Positions 13,485 to 28,000 of a stretch of 64,000 nt of DNA are shown piece after piece; positions within the stretch are counted from its first letter, which is position 1; each line of letters begins with the position of its first letter. A model generated the notes under the pieces. That model was given only the letters and a program-made list of their open reading frames with translations, was not told the DNA's origin and did no database searches. The stretch comes from Callorhinchus milii (Eukaryota): contig NW_024704743.1 of the NCBI RefSeq assembly GCF_018977255.1, positions 43,650,001-43,714,000 of the forward strand, written 5' to 3'. Made by a program: the position numbers and the translations under genes.

Positions 13485-14691
13485 TTTAAAATATTAATCA
13501 GACGATGTTTGTATTGTAAACCGAGGCCCAGGGTTGCCACTGTTATTTTTTGTGTAATGTTTATTTTTCTGCCGAGGGGAGGATAAATCCACACCCTCCC
13601 AGACAAAAATTATATTTTTGCTGATCAAACCCAATGCTTCAATCCAATCAGTACAAAAATAATACATAATGCTGCTGTAGTTTTGAAACACCATGATTGA
13701 TTAGCTTAGAATGTTTTATTCATGAACTTGATTCAAATATAGATAATAACCTTTGATTACTCTCAGGATACTCCGCAGGATACGTCTATTAGGATTGTTT
13801 TTACTAGGTTAATGAAAAAGACATTCTACAATTTGTATTTTTGTTTGTTTTTGCACACATTTGGGAATGAAGAGTCTTTCAAAAAAGACAACCTAATAAT
13901 AATAAAATAATAATCCTTACATTTGACACAGCACCTATCATATCAGGAGGCGTCTCAGAGCGCTTCACAAGATTCACCGTAAAGTGTATTTTTAGTCCCA
14001 GAGTTCAATTTCCTTTTCTTTTCAGTGCTGTGGGTTGAGAGGATTTTTTTTGGTAAGCTGGGTGTCTGACGCATGCAGAAATCATCACCATGCTTAAGAG
14101 TATCCAAACTAAACTCAGAATTCCTATAGAGATTTGAGTGCACCACAAAAAGCACTCAATCCAAAACAATTGGTCCACTGATGAAAATCTTGCTTAAAGA
14201 GCAGGATCTAATTTGTGTTATACCTTAACCAGAGTTCCTAGTAAGGAATACAAGTAGTTCAAATGGAGATTCCCAGTAATCAGAAGTGCATCACACCGAC
14301 TTGTGTGAAAGCCGCTCTAATCTATTTTCAGGGCAGAGCTGAAGCAGAACAGTGCGAATTCCAAGGGAATTGCTTTAACAAGAAAATACTGCAAGTTAGT
14401 TCTCAGCATTAAAAGTACTGAAGATCAAACATGTGCAGTGTTGTCTAGGAAAGACAGCCCACACATTGCAAAATTCTCTCAGTGAACTAACCCTGTAAAA
14501 TGCTGACATATCTTAAAGAAATAATCCTACAGAATGGAGTCTTGAATTTATAGATCAACCTTGCTTATTGCACAACTCTGCCTGAATACAACTGATGGAA
14601 TGGTGTTTGTACTTACTACAGTTAACATCCATTCATGTTCTGACCTTGAGACAACACAACAATTGTCACAAGAATGGCATTCCTTTAGAAG

Positions 14692-14904
14692 ACACGCCTA
14701 ATAATAATCCCTCCAAAACCAAAAACAATAATAAATTGGTCATTTTCAATCTACGACTGTTTGTGGGACATTGCTGTGCGCAATTGGCTGCCGCGTTCGC
14801 CCACAAATATACAGTCAATTCACTTTACAGTGTTCTGTGAAGCGCTTTGGGACATCCTCCTGACGTGAAAAGCGCTATATCAAATGCAAGGATTATTATT
14901 ATTA
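14692..14904 (+). mobile_element. 5'-truncated young SINE, followed by another SINE 3' fragment (~14950-15080)
   Basis: Body and tail nearly identical to 37447-37663. Confidence 0.9.
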
Positions 14905-15047
14905 TAAGGGATCAATAATGCAATTGAATCTCCTTCCAGCAACCAGTTTTATCCACAAAATATACAGTAAATTCACTTTACAGTATATTCTGTGAAGCTC
15001 TTTGAGATGTCTCACCAATGTGATAAGGCGCTGTATCAAATGCAAGA

Positions 15048-15084
<37 letters not shown>

Positions 15085-18000
15085 GTGTCAGCCTGGCTCC
15101 GGTTGGTAGCACTCTCGTGCCTTGGATAGAAGGCTATGGATTTAAACCCACATTTGCCTACAGTCGCTTACTTGAAAGGAGCTATACCAAATGCATTTAA
15201 CATCTGTTAAGTGTCTAAAAAAAATGTAGAGAAACTCTTCATTGAATAATTGACACATAGTTCCAAATGAAGAACAGGACAAATCTCTTAATGCAAGTAA
15301 TAGTATCAACATGAGATAATAAAACAAAAAAATGATAAAGTAGTTGTGAAAATACAGGGGATTTAATGATTGTAAATGTTTTTTGCTTGGTGGCATCATC
15401 CAGAGTTAAATAGTCTGTGGAATGCCTCCAGAATACAGTATTATAACAGCAGATTTGAAAGGGAACTATAATTTTACTGTTGAGGGAGAAATGAGTTCCA
15501 AGGATAGCTGTGAATAGCTTGCTCTGAAAGCTCTGTTCACAATGTACAGTATTGAATGCCAGGCTAGGTTAATATTGCAGCAATTTTTTTAATAATAATC
15601 CTTGTATTTGGTCACCCTCCTTCCCCCCTGCCCTCCACCTTCCCCAATCCTGACCCCCAAGGTAAAGTGAATTGACCGTATATCTTTGTGGTGAAAGGTG
15701 GCAGCCATTTGCGCAGTATTCCATAAACAGTCGTGGATTGAGTGACCACACTTTTTTAAGGGATTATTACCTCCAGAAAAGTTTTATATACTTATGCAGA
15801 ACAAGATCTTTAATAATAATAATCCTTGCATTTCATATTGATATAGCACCTTCTCATGTCCTTGAGACGACTCAAAGCACTACACAGAATATACTATAAA
15901 GTGAATTGACTGTATATTTTAAGAATGAATATTTCCCACAGATGTGTGTTGAAGCTAAACAATTCATAGAACATAATCAGCCAGTGTGAATATAATCATA
16001 GAACATAATCACTTTCTGTGCTGACCACATCAAACGACACATGCTGTTCACAACCATACTGGATAAAGCTTTCAAGGCAATCTCTTTAAATCTCTCAATT
16101 TAAGTAACGAAAAGTAAAACCAATAGAAACCGCTAAACGAGTCAGGAATTATTGCTATCAGGAAAAATTTAACTGCATCAAGTAGAACACTGAGCAAACG
16201 AGGATCCACTGTATTGTGAGCAATTCTAACAATGCTGAACAAAAAGTGTCTCAACCATATAATATAATTGCAGCCGATTGACTGTGAATGTCACAGAACA
16301 TTAGTTTTTAGAAAAAGGTCAAACTCAGATCCCAGCAAAATCCCAGTCACGTGGCAGTTTGCCAGGATAAATGTGCTCTTCAGCAAATCAATGTCTCATT
16401 AGATCATTTGCATGTGGAAAGCTCGAAAACACTGACCCAGAAACTGCTGCATAGCGCATGTGTTCACAATTGTCTTTCCAGACAATTTACTGACTGCCCT
16501 GATTAAATACAGGCATTCTAATACTCTTCTGTGCACTCAGACACATTAGTTTGTGAGTAAATAGAGATCACCCTATTAATTTACTCTTTTACAACAAGTT
16601 GCATTTACATACTACGTTCATGTGGGATAGCGTCTCAAAGCGGTTTTATTTTACAACAACAACAAAATGACATTTATATAATGCCTTTCACGTCAGGAGG
16701 ACGTCCCAAGGCGCTGGGAAAGATCATACAGATAAGTTATAACAGCAAAGGAAATACTTTTTTTTTCTCTGGTGATGAAAAGAGAAGTCAAACTTATATA
16801 TTTTTTAAAGGGGAAGTACAATTTGTTAATAATTCCTTAATTCATTGTTTTCAGCAAGGAGGAGGAATATGATTTGAAGAACCCGGAAGTAGCACCATCA
16901 ACTAGTCAAAAAGACACCTCACTGCTGCACGATGTTTAACTACAAGAAAAACACAAGGACTAAAGGCCACTTGTAAAGGGAATGCAGTTTTGTATGATAT
17001 CAGACAGTCCATCACACCGTTAAGTAGGAGTGATGTCTGGGCATGGAATTTGTCCAATACATAATGTGCAAAAACATATATATTTCAGTCCATTCAGTCC
17101 ATTGAACCTATACTGGTGCCTGCTCCTCCACTGGAGCTAACGACTATAATCCCAATTTCCAGCTCTTTATCCACATTCTTCAAATACTTATTGAATTGCC
17201 CTTCAAAATAAACTATCACTATACTTTGCAGTAAATCAAGTGAAGCACTTTAAGACGTCCTCCTGATGCGAACTGTGTTCTATCTAATGCAAGGGTTATT
17301 TTTGTTATTATTATCAGGGTTATTATTACTTTTTTAACATTCATTCCCTTAGTATTATTAGAGTTGTTATTATTTTTATTATTATTATTCAATCCCTGTT
17401 AAATATAGTTATGGTCTTAGCTTCATTAATACTTGCGGCAAGGCATTCTATGTTTAAACAGTCACAAAATGATCTTATATACAAAATGATCTTGTAACTT
17501 CTCCTTTAATTCTGCCAGTGACTATCCTGTATTCATGTCTCCTTGTTGTCAATTCACCAATCAACAGGGCAATATTTCACTTTGTAACCTTTTTAACCTT
17601 CTCCATTCAAGTGAACTTTAGTTTAATGTTTTCAAGTCTATCCTCATAACTGTAGCCTGGCACTGTTGTGTGAAGTGCAAAGAAAAGCAAATTAGCTCCT
17701 CATGTGCAATATCAGGCTGTAGACACGTTTTCCCTGAAGCCGAGGTCAATGGATGTGTCAGAAGAAATGCTCTCACTAGCCTGGAGTCAATCACACTCAC
17801 CGCTGGTACCACGGTACCAATCCTTTTGGCAGTAATCAGTTTCATTCACTTTCTTTTTCATTGTACCAAACTAGTGTCCAAATCAGTTATCATTTCAGTT
17901 TACAATACCATAAATAGCACCTTTCATGTCCGGAGAATGTCTCGAAGTGCTTAGCCATGTTGGCTGGACACCCGAGCTGCAGGTGGGAGTTGTTTGTGGA

Positions 18001-18770
18001 CGGGAGGGGGTGGGGGAGAAAGCGACTGAAAGCATGATCAAAGAGCTATGCTTTGGGGGTATGTGCCTTGAATGAGGGGAGATGTGACTCTTGTAGGTGG
18101 TATTCTTCAGCAAACCTTGATAAGTTAAAGTTTTTGAATGAAGAAACTTTGTCCTTGGTGGGACTTACAGTGGCTTAATCCAAACATGAATTCACTCACT
18201 CAACCTAAAGCCTTGTGGCTACAAATGACTCAATTACTTATAAACATGTCAACTAGAGGAACCCAGAAAGCTAACATGAAAAGAAGCAACATAGATGTCA
18301 TTTAAGCTCTCTTTGAAGGATCTGGCATTGCTACAGTAACTCATCAAAGTGACTGCTGAAACTCATTAAATTCATCCTTTTTTGTTTTTATATGTCATAA
18401 AGGGCATTTCTTTTAAGTACTGTACATTGCTTGTGACACCTTATAGCATAGCACGAGGATCTAGACCAGTTTCAAGCTACATTCAAACAGATATTTAGGA
18501 AGATCCTGTAACACAACTCATTGAACAGCAAGTGACAAAGCATCTTTTACAACAATTATCTTCATACAGTCTACTTGATTTGCTGAGCATTTTGCACAGA
18601 GGCTTCTTTGGACAATCTGCTTCTCATTGTTTTTTAGATAGTGTATATTAGAGGTTCTATGGCATCAGATTACAACTTCTTCTTCAAATATACCTTGCAT
18701 CGTTGGTATTGCACTCTGGCAGAACAATTCTATATGATCCCTGGATCAGCTCAAAATTCATTATTGTGAT

Positions 18771-18957
18771 ACAACAACAACAAGATTGCATTTATAGAGC
18801 GCCTTTCACGTCGGGAGGACGTCCCAAGGCGATGGACAGTTGGGTCGGGACCCGAACAGGGGGGAAATGGTCAGGGTGAGGGGAGGGGAGGGGAGGGAAG
18901 GGAGGGAGCGAGGAGGGGCTAGAGAGTCGAGAGGAGAGCTGAAGGTACGGCTGAAGA
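18771..18957 (-). mobile_element. Short young L2 3'UTR fragment
   Basis: Near-identical to the 3'UTR at 35530-35790 but with one 45-bp unit instead of three. Confidence 0.9.
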
Positions 18958-20189
18958 GAAACACAATGGCTAAACAGAAATTGACATTCACTGTAGTTTG
19001 GTAGATAAATATGCCACATGATGTATCACTAAGTCATGGTGTCTAGAAATATTTCAATCCAGGTCTATGCTGAGTGAGCTGACTTCAGCAAGGGTGTTGT
19101 AAGACTACTACAGTGAAAAGCATTATAATCTAGTGTTTGGGATCCATAAAATCCCATAAAAGTAAAGAAATACTTCCAAATGTGTCCTTCGTAATCCTGA
19201 ACTTGTGCCCTGTTATCTTGCTTGTCTTGCCTTCAGTCATATTTCTTGTAGTGTACACATGAAAAAGACATCTGCTAATTCAATCTAATGATTCATTGCA
19301 TTGGTTGAATATCCAGATAAACCAAAATAACTTTTTGCAGCTTAGTTGGAGTTGTTTTAAAATGACCAAAAAACATAGCTATTCCACTGTATAGTATATC
19401 CTTTGAAGCACTTTGAGATGTCTCGGCGATGAGATAAGAATCTGTATTAAATGCAAGGATTATTATTATTATCTGAAATCTTTTGGTGAGGAAATTTTTC
19501 CTGCAAAATAAAGCTACTCATTCACTGCTGATTACAGAGGGCATAATATTTATCATAACTTCCCATTACTGTGGGACTTGTACGTTAGTGTAAGAGTGTT
19601 CACAAGATATTCATTGTCCCACAACTGAATGTCACAGCTAAGTAATATTCTTTTGGACAATGCACAACAAAGGGAGTTTACTAATTATTCTGTAGATGTC
19701 TTCTGGGAACTAATCGTGTCAAGTGGACTTGAGAGCATGACAAATGAAGTGATTACAGACCATTTAGTGAGGCAATCACCTTGTACACCTTGTATTTCTG
19801 AAGCATCACTTCTTAAGAAAGAGTATTAATGACTGTCTTCGCAGCTTGAAGTGGCCATTAAATGAGATCAAGCCCATTGCTGGAGGTGATCAATTTGATG
19901 AGACTGGTGCTTTCCTGTTAATCAGCATTAAAATGGTAGGATCTTCCTACTCCCAAAGAGAAAGTGACAACATCTAATGGGTTCATTATGATATGGAGTT
20001 TGCATTGTATGCACAATACACAATAATTCAAATTACATTGACATAGCATTTTTCACTGGGTAGGGGGAGGGGTGTGACAGAAGAGAATATGGTGGGGAGA
20101 GGGAAGAAAAGAACATCAAACATGAGTTCAAAGTGTTAAGTTTTAATTCAAGCTTTTACAGTGGATCATGAGTGGTGAGATGGAGGATA

Positions 20190-20492
20190 CCCCACGTAAA
20201 GTTCAAGAGAGAGGGGCAGAATGGTTGAAAGCTCCCCCACCATTGGGGTGGGTAGGGTGGGGGTACATGAAGCAGGCAGTAAAGGAAGCCAATGTACGCT
20301 GATCAGAGGAATGACCAGGTCAGAAGGGCTGCAGGAGGTCGCAGAGGTAGGGTTGATGAGGCTGTGGAAGGATTTGAACGTGAGAACAAAGATCTTAAAT
20401 TCAATAGCTCGGGAATAGGGAGCTAAGCGAGGATGGGGCTGACGGGGTTGCGGATCCTGGTGCATGTGAGGATAAGGGCTGCAGAGTTCCTT
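20190..20492 (-). mobile_element. Degraded L2 fragment
   Basis: AIEFKIFVLTFKSFH and NSAALILT remnants on the minus strand. Confidence 0.8.
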
Positions 20493-21138
20493 AGATTTTG
20501 CATGAAGTTGAGCATCAGCTGGCTATTCTCTAATCTTAAAAATTTACTGGTAAGTGGAACTGCTCGGAAGATCACCCTGCTCAGACATTGGGACGTCACC
20601 AGTATATGTATGCTGTGGGCCACATCATTATGCTGCACTTTGACATGATGCCTGAAGTATAACTGAGACAGAGTATTTTCACTACAAACCTAATTAGCAA
20701 ATGCTCTAGGTTATGATAGAATCATAGAAATTAATGGACAGGAGGAGGCCATTTGGCGTACCAAGTCTAAATTGGTACTAATTTATACGCTGGCACTAAC
20801 TAATCCCTGTTCTTTCCCCATAACCTCTATTTTCACTTCAAATTTGTATCCAAATCACACTTGTTTGCAACATTTGTTTGGAGGTCTTAAATCTACCTTT
20901 ATTGGAGTCCATTTAGCGACTTCGCGTTCCAAGACACCACCCAGCATTAACAATACTGTGTAAATGTAAGTTTTTGCTGTTGACTAATGACATTGAGATC
21001 CACAGTGAGAGTGAGATCCAAATAGACAGTGAGATCCACAGAGAACTGAGCACAAGATATTCAGTGTGAAAAGGTCCTGGGATATCAGATTTTTTGTTCA
21101 CAATAAGCTTTTGTGCATACCTTATTATAATCTATTAT

Positions 21139-21490
21139 ACAACAAAAACAAAATTACATTTGTAGAGCGCCTTTCATGTCGGGAGGACGTCCCAAAGCGC
21201 TGAACAGTCAGATGTTGGGGCCCGAGCATGGGGAAGGGGTGGTGTAGGGGTAAGGGAAGGCAGAGATTTGGGAGGGAGACCAAAGGCACGGTCGAAGAGA
21301 AGGGTCTTGAGACTGGCCTTGAAGGAGGCAAGGGAGGAAGCGAGGTGAAGGGACCATGGGATGGAGTTACAGAGTGTGGGGGCAGAGAGGCTGAAAGCCC
21401 GGCCACAGATGGTAGGGCGGGTCGGGCGGGAGACAAGCAACAGGCCGGACCTTGATGAATGGAGGGAGCGGGCAGGTTGGTAGGTTGTAC
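21139..21490 (-). mobile_element. L2 3' end
   Basis: [30 protein letters not shown] plus L2 tail. Confidence 0.9.
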
Positions 21491-22699
21491 ATTGTACATT
21501 GGAATTTGACTATCATGATTTGCTGTTATTACTCAATACTTTCACCATTGAGAGCTGCACACAAGATGAATTAGTAGGTGACACAATCATAGAGTAGGCT
21601 TGGAATCTCAGATGTGCTTCACGAAACCTTTGTTCCTGCAAAAGCTTTGTCACTTGGGGTCGATAACAACTAAGTCACAAAATCTGAAATAAATTAAGCC
21701 TTCATTCCTGAGCTCTGACAAAAGATAGGCTGTGGCACACGGATTCCCAAAAGTACACTCACTATTTCTGTTGCTAATGCATACCCCACAGAGCAACCTG
21801 TTAGATCACATTCAGCGAGAATATATTTTTGGTTTAATATTTAATATTTCTCCTCTGGAAGAGACATGCCTTTTCTCTGCTCAACTGAAATGTGGACTAA
21901 CAACAAAAAAAACAACTTGGATTTATATAGCGTCCCTCACGTGGAGAAGCATCCCGGACGCTTCACAATTGTGGAGTCTGACAACAAGGCAAGGGGAGAG
22001 GGAGGGGGTTATTCACAGGCTCACTCATTCTATCCCTGAGCCTGTGAATTTGCTAATGGGATCTGACTAGTTATCAGCACTCTGGCAGACATTTCTGAAA
22101 TAAATTTACCCAGTATGGAGGTGTAATGGGATGGGAATTTCCTATTATATGCTGACAACTTTAATAACTAGCTCAAGTTCACACCCTCTATTTGTAACAT
22201 CTGTATGTTAGCATTCGGCTCCTGTCAGTTGGGGCTCCAAAATTTTAGTTGTGCGTTCGTCTAAAGGTAAGAACTTGCATTTTATGGTGCTTCATGATCT
22301 CAAGACACTTTACAAGTCATCGATCGCTTTCAAGTGACTTTTGTTAGGTTAACAACACAGGCATTTTGGGCACAGCAAATGCTCAAAAATCAGCAATGAG
22401 TCAAGTAATCAATTAAACTGAGGATTGTTGGTCAGGACATCAGGAGAAACTCGTAATAATATCAAGGGATTTTTATTGTCCAGCTGAAAATTTGTAAATG
22501 GTTTAATACCTCAGCTGTGTTTTTGATGTCTGAAAATCAAAAAGACTGATCATGTCGTGTTACAAACTGAACATACTTGTTGAATGAGAATCAAAAGACT
22601 TTCAAGAAGTACATCACTCAACTTCACACCTAATGAACAAAGTGATGTACTTCAACTCACATTACTGTACTATTCACTGCAGTACTAGTCCTTTGAATG

Positions 22700-22980
22700 C
22701 TCTGTTCGTCAGACTCCCCAGCTTGTGTCCTCTCCGCACTAGGTTACCCGAGCCTATCAACCCCACCCACAGTCAGTTCCATTGGTTCCCCACCCACCAG
22801 AGGATTGAGTTCAAGATCCTTTGCCTCATGTATATTTTGTGAGTGTTTCGCCCACAAAATGTACAGTCAATTCATTTTACAGTATATTTTGTGAAACGCT
22901 TTGAGATGTCTCAAGGACATGATAAGGCACTATATCAAATTCAAGGATTATATTATATGTTCAAACCCCTCCATGGCCTG
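22700..22980 (+). mobile_element. L2 internal fragment interrupted by a SINE 3' half (~22832-22956)
   Basis: HWFPTHQRIEFKILCLM | SINE | FKPLHG, with ATGT repeated at both junctions. Confidence 0.8.
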
Positions 22981-23445
22981 TATAACATCTTAGACCCAGA
23001 GTATTCTGGCCATTCCTGCCTGTTGGCTCTGTGAAGCACTTTGAGATGTTCTCCAGACTGAAAAGGCACTATATAAAAGTAAAATTGTCACTGTTGTACT
23101 AACTCTTTTTAACTGCCGTGTCACTACTTTAATGTTACCAAGGAAAATACTCCATAGATTTATTGATGTGATTATCCTGTCTTAGGATGTTTACATGAAT
23201 GACTTCAAACATTTTACTTTGAGTGTGCCTAGGGTTACATTTGTTCCATTTTCACAGTAAAATGGATATGTTTTGAAGACAACTCAGAGCGAACCTCGTA
23301 GAGAGGTGTATAAAATTTTAAATGCAATTCAAATGGTAAACCCAGATCAGTACGTTAAGTTGCAACAAAAGACGGAACAAGAGGACATCGATTTAGAGTT
23401 GTAAAGGGCAATTTCAGGGCAGAGCATAAACTGAGTCATCAAATT

Positions 23446-23634
23446 ATTATTATTATGATTTTTGATTGGATTATTACCCCTGGAAAAGCAATACGCAAAT
23501 CAACTAACAACCGGGTTCCTACTTACTGCCAGGTAAACAGAGACATGGGGAGTAAGGTTTCGCCCCGCCCAGGAATCAAACCCAGGTCCTCTCACTTGCA
23601 AGATGAGTGCTCCAACCACTATGTTACAGGACTC
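23446..23634 (-). mobile_element. 5' half of a long-subfamily SINE
   Basis: Reverse complement begins GGAGTCCTGTAACATAGTGGTTGGAGCACTCATCTTGCAAGTGAG. Confidence 0.85.
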
Positions 23635-24862
23635 CACAAGGGCTCTAAACATCTCCTACTCCAAACGTTTTTCCTATTCCTTTTGGTACTCCAGGAAACT
23701 AGTGAAAGTGTATGTTGGTTCTCACTAATTATGTTTATACATTACTAAATGTATTAGTAATGTATATACATTACTAAATACATTACTAAATGTGAGGAAA
23801 GATTAGGCAATATGCACAGAATATTGCCTGAGCTCTGAAACCCAAACCACATTAGTTGACAGAACTTTATTGAACTCTCGTAAGGTTTGATGTTTTTGCT
23901 TACTATTTGCGCACTTTCCCTCTTCCATTCATAGATAATGTGCAACGGAATGAATGATAAGAAGGGAGGTGCTATGATCCGTGGTGTCTTTAATGCCAGT
24001 TGAGTTATTTTACTAGACTTGCAAAGTCACATTCATAGATGCCAAAGGGATGGCTGGTAATTCACAAATGAGTGGGTTTAGACTGTTAACTTACCATTAC
24101 GTTAGTGAGGAACTTTCAGTTCAGAATTATAAAATTTGCTGTGGTACTGAGCATATAGTAATACCCGCAACTCTTCAAAAGAGAGTAATGATCATACTTT
24201 TGAGTCATCAGGCTACATTAAGGACTGAGAATTCTCACATACTACTTGAAGGCAGAACAACATGATTGCAGTGACTTATACTGCAGCTTGCTCCTTTGCC
24301 AGAAGGTGCATGGAATGAAGTTACTATTGATATAGTGAATTTGCCACATTTGATCGTCACTGTAAAAATAGTTTGGTAGGTGTTGATTGAAAATGACTTG
24401 AGGTTGCTTTTGCTTCAAAAGTTGATACAATCACTGTTTTCTGTCTTCAGCAGAAAGTGATATCCAGCCATAGACTTTCAGATAACTGAGGTTGTTTGTA
24501 CCATAGCTGGCTTCATGTGGAAATTCAAATGACAGAGGAAGCAACCATTTCTGCTTGCTAGTGCATTGCTGCTACATAAATCGTGCAACGAAACATTCTT
24601 GCTGTATTATGCTCTTTATAAGCTGCATCTTCTCAAGGCTGAAGAAGAAATATTTGTTCCTAAATTCTTGATGAGATGAGCCACAGTGTTACTCCTCATA
24701 CGGACAGATATGTTTCTATCGTAACTTCTGGTATGTAACTGAATATAATGTTAAGCATCATAAACCAACTCTTACAAACTGAAATAAAAGTGAACTGTGT
24801 GATAGAATGGGGCAGAAAAAAAGAGAGGAAAGGATACATTTCATATATTATCCCTTCTCCCC

Positions 24863-25370
24863 GAGGGAATGAGTGAGTAAGTGAGTGAATGAGTAAGTGA
24901 ATGAGTGAGTAAGTGAGTGAGTAAGCGAATGAGTGAGTGAATAAGTGAGTAAGTGAGTGAGTAAGTGAATGAGTAAGTGAGTGAGTAAGTGAGTGAGTGA
25001 ATGAGCGAGTGAGTAAGTGAGTGAGTAAGTGAGCGAGTGAGTAAGTGAGTAAGTGAGTGAGTAAGTGAGCGAGTGAGTAAGTGAGTGAGTAAGTGAATGA
25101 ATAAGTAAGTGAGTAAGTGAGTGAGTGAGTGAGTGAGTAAGTGGGTGAGTGAGTGAATGACTAAGTAAGTGAATAAGTAAGTGAGTAAGTGAGTGAGTAA
25201 GTGAGTGAGTGAGTGAGTAAGTGAGTGACTAAGTGAGTGAGTGAGTGAGTAAGTGAGTAAGTGAGTGAGTAAATGAGTGAGTGAGTGAGTGAGTGAATGA
25301 ATGAATGAATGAATGAGTGAGTGAGTGAGTGAGTGAGTGAGTGAGGGAGGGAGTGAGTGAGTGAGTGAGT
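24863..25370. repeat. Compound tetranucleotide microsatellite (GAGT/AAGT/GAAT)n
   Basis: About 500 bp of 4-bp period, directly visible. Confidence 0.98.
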
Positions 25371-27714
25371 AGTCACTCCTGAGAGTTCTCGCCCACTCAT
25401 TATTCACACTCATTGCACACCCATTGCATTCAAATCCCTTCATTCATTTCGATCCACTCTTTAACTGATGATATTTCATTCAACATTCATTAACTTCTTT
25501 CAGACTAAATGGTCTCAGTGCGTTCATTCTTCTCTCAATGCATCACTGAACCTTGATCCCATCCATGTTCTTTGATGAAGCAATGCTCATTTATTTTGAT
25601 TCTTCATACAGGTTATTCATGACCCACTAAAAGCAGCTAACCATCTTATCTGGCAGCTGTGCGTTCAGCTACTATACCCTCAATCTCTGAAACTCCTTGC
25701 CTTAATTCCTCTGTCTTGCCCCCTCTTACCCATCTTCAAATTACACCTGAAGACTTTCCTCTTCAACCATGCCTTCGGTCACCTCCCCTCCTTTCTACGC
25801 GGCTGTTAAGTGCTCTGCAAATGCAAATTGTTGTTGTTATTATGTTATAATAACAGTATTTGCATTTGATATAACACCTTATAACATTGTCGAGATGTAC
25901 CAAAGCACTTCACAAGATGTATTTAAAGTGAATTGGCTGTGTGTGCTTTGTGGATGGATGCAAAGAGCCGTATGACTTACCATGGAGAAATATGTTAATG
26001 CCTGCTTCATGAAAGTGCTGCAGTTCCAGTGTGTCCACTAGGTAGAGTCCTGCCCATCCTTGTGAAAAGTTTGGATTCACTTCCTGTGTTTTACACTTGT
26101 TAGAATAGAGTGTATTGGATGAATCCCTGGTACATGCATAATGTCTGTCTGTTCCAGGAATCAATGTAAAGAAGGCATATTTATAGTTTGCTGTTTTCAT
26201 TACTTTAACAAGGGACCAATTGTGGACTGTAAAGCAAATTCCAAATGTGATGTATTTAAAGCCATAAACTATGCACAAACCTAATAACCTACAATATTTC
26301 TAATCCTTTCAATTGCAACAGCCTTTTTACAATAATCTCATGTATCACTGGGAAAGCTTCAGTGGACAAGTTAATCTATCACTGGATTTAACTCACTGCT
26401 TAGGTCTAACGAGAACCATTACTTGTATCTTTCAGAAACGTGCCAGTATCTTTACACATGTGCAACAGCCCTTTAAATTCAGCATGTGCCTGAGAGAAAG
26501 ATGCTTTCTATTACATTAGAGAATAACCAAAGATATTTCTTAAATCAGGGAAAAACTGAAGCTTGAAATGCCACCTAATCTCAATTTATCTTAAAATTTA
26601 AGAATTATGAATCTTAAAGTGCAGAATTGTCCAACATTCTTAAATTGAGTTTGAATTTTGGACACTGGCTTTCCACATTTCTTGAAAAGACCCGTCTTAC
26701 AAATTAAGACTAAGTTTAAGACTTCTCAACAGTTCTACAGGATTTTAAGTAAGACAACATGGAGTTTCAAGCTATGGTGTGATAAAATTTGGGGGCATAG
26801 GACTGTAAATTTTGAACAAAACATCTACTAAGTGCAGCTCATTAAGGAGCAGCATTGTTCAGGACACTTGTTCCAGGGAAAGAACTAATCACCATCCGGG
26901 TAGATGGAACAATTCATTCACAAACACTGCAACTTTGCTAAAGAAAAAGAAGTAACTCGAGAAACACTTATAGACCTGTGTTCTAAGACAAATAACTGCA
27001 CAAATGTGTATATATGTATACATATATATACAACACCATCAACACTGAAAGTAATTACATTCAGTTACTGAATGTCACTCTACAGTGTTCAGTTTTCTAC
27101 ATTTCAGTTACCATTGAACAGTTCAAACACTTCATAAAAAACAATACAATTTTCACAGCACTCCTCTCCCCCTACTCTCTCCCTCTTTACTATTTATTAA
27201 CTGACTAAAGCAAGATTGGCCTTAGTTAAACAAATATAAAATCTTGCACCGACCAAGGAGACAGCCAAGAAAGTGTTGCCTTCTACAGAGTATTGCTTTG
27301 TAGGCAAACATGCCTACAACAGATTTATTTATGCCTTTGTCAGTTAGGGTCAAATGACTTGATCACTTGTGAAGCTTTAAAAATACTATCCTGAAAATTT
27401 AAAGAGAACAAAGCTTAAGGTGTTATGAACAGGTTGGGCATTGGGATTAAAAGATCTGCCAAGATAGAATAAACTAGCTTGATGGGTTGAATGGTCTCCT
27501 CCTATTTCTATGTCCTGCTATTTTCTGAGGATGAGTAGGTGAAAATTGCAAAACTTAATGTGATAATATCACCAGTAATAATTATCACATCACTGAACAT
27601 TGTGGTCAAACCAGTTGATAATTATAGGTGGTGTCATCAACTTTGGCTAGGCTTGAGGCCAGCCTGAGGTCTTCATGGCAGCTATTATTATTAGTGATAA
27701 TAATAATTATAATC

Positions 27715-28000
27715 AATAATAATCCTTACATTTAATATAGTACCTTTCATGTCCAAAAGTGCTTCACAGGATATGTTGCAAAGTGTAGTGACTGTGTGTT
27801 TTGTGGGCATAAGCAGCCAATTTGCACACAACAATGGCCCACAAGCAGCCATGAAGTGAGTGACCAATTTTATTTGGGGGATTGTTGGCCAGAACACCAG
27901 CAAAACTGCCTTTACTTTTTGAATAGTGCCATGGGATCATTAATGTTCACCTGAACGGGCAGATGGGACCTCAGTTTTCATTTCATTCAAAGGACAATCA
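27715..28000 (-). mobile_element. Deu-domain SINE 3' part
   Basis: gaatagtgccatgggatc..cacctgaacgggcagatgggacctcagttt on the plus strand. Confidence 0.78.

Noticed and set aside
24841..25443. 200-aa LTHS-rich ORF
   Set aside because: Translation of a tetranucleotide microsatellite.
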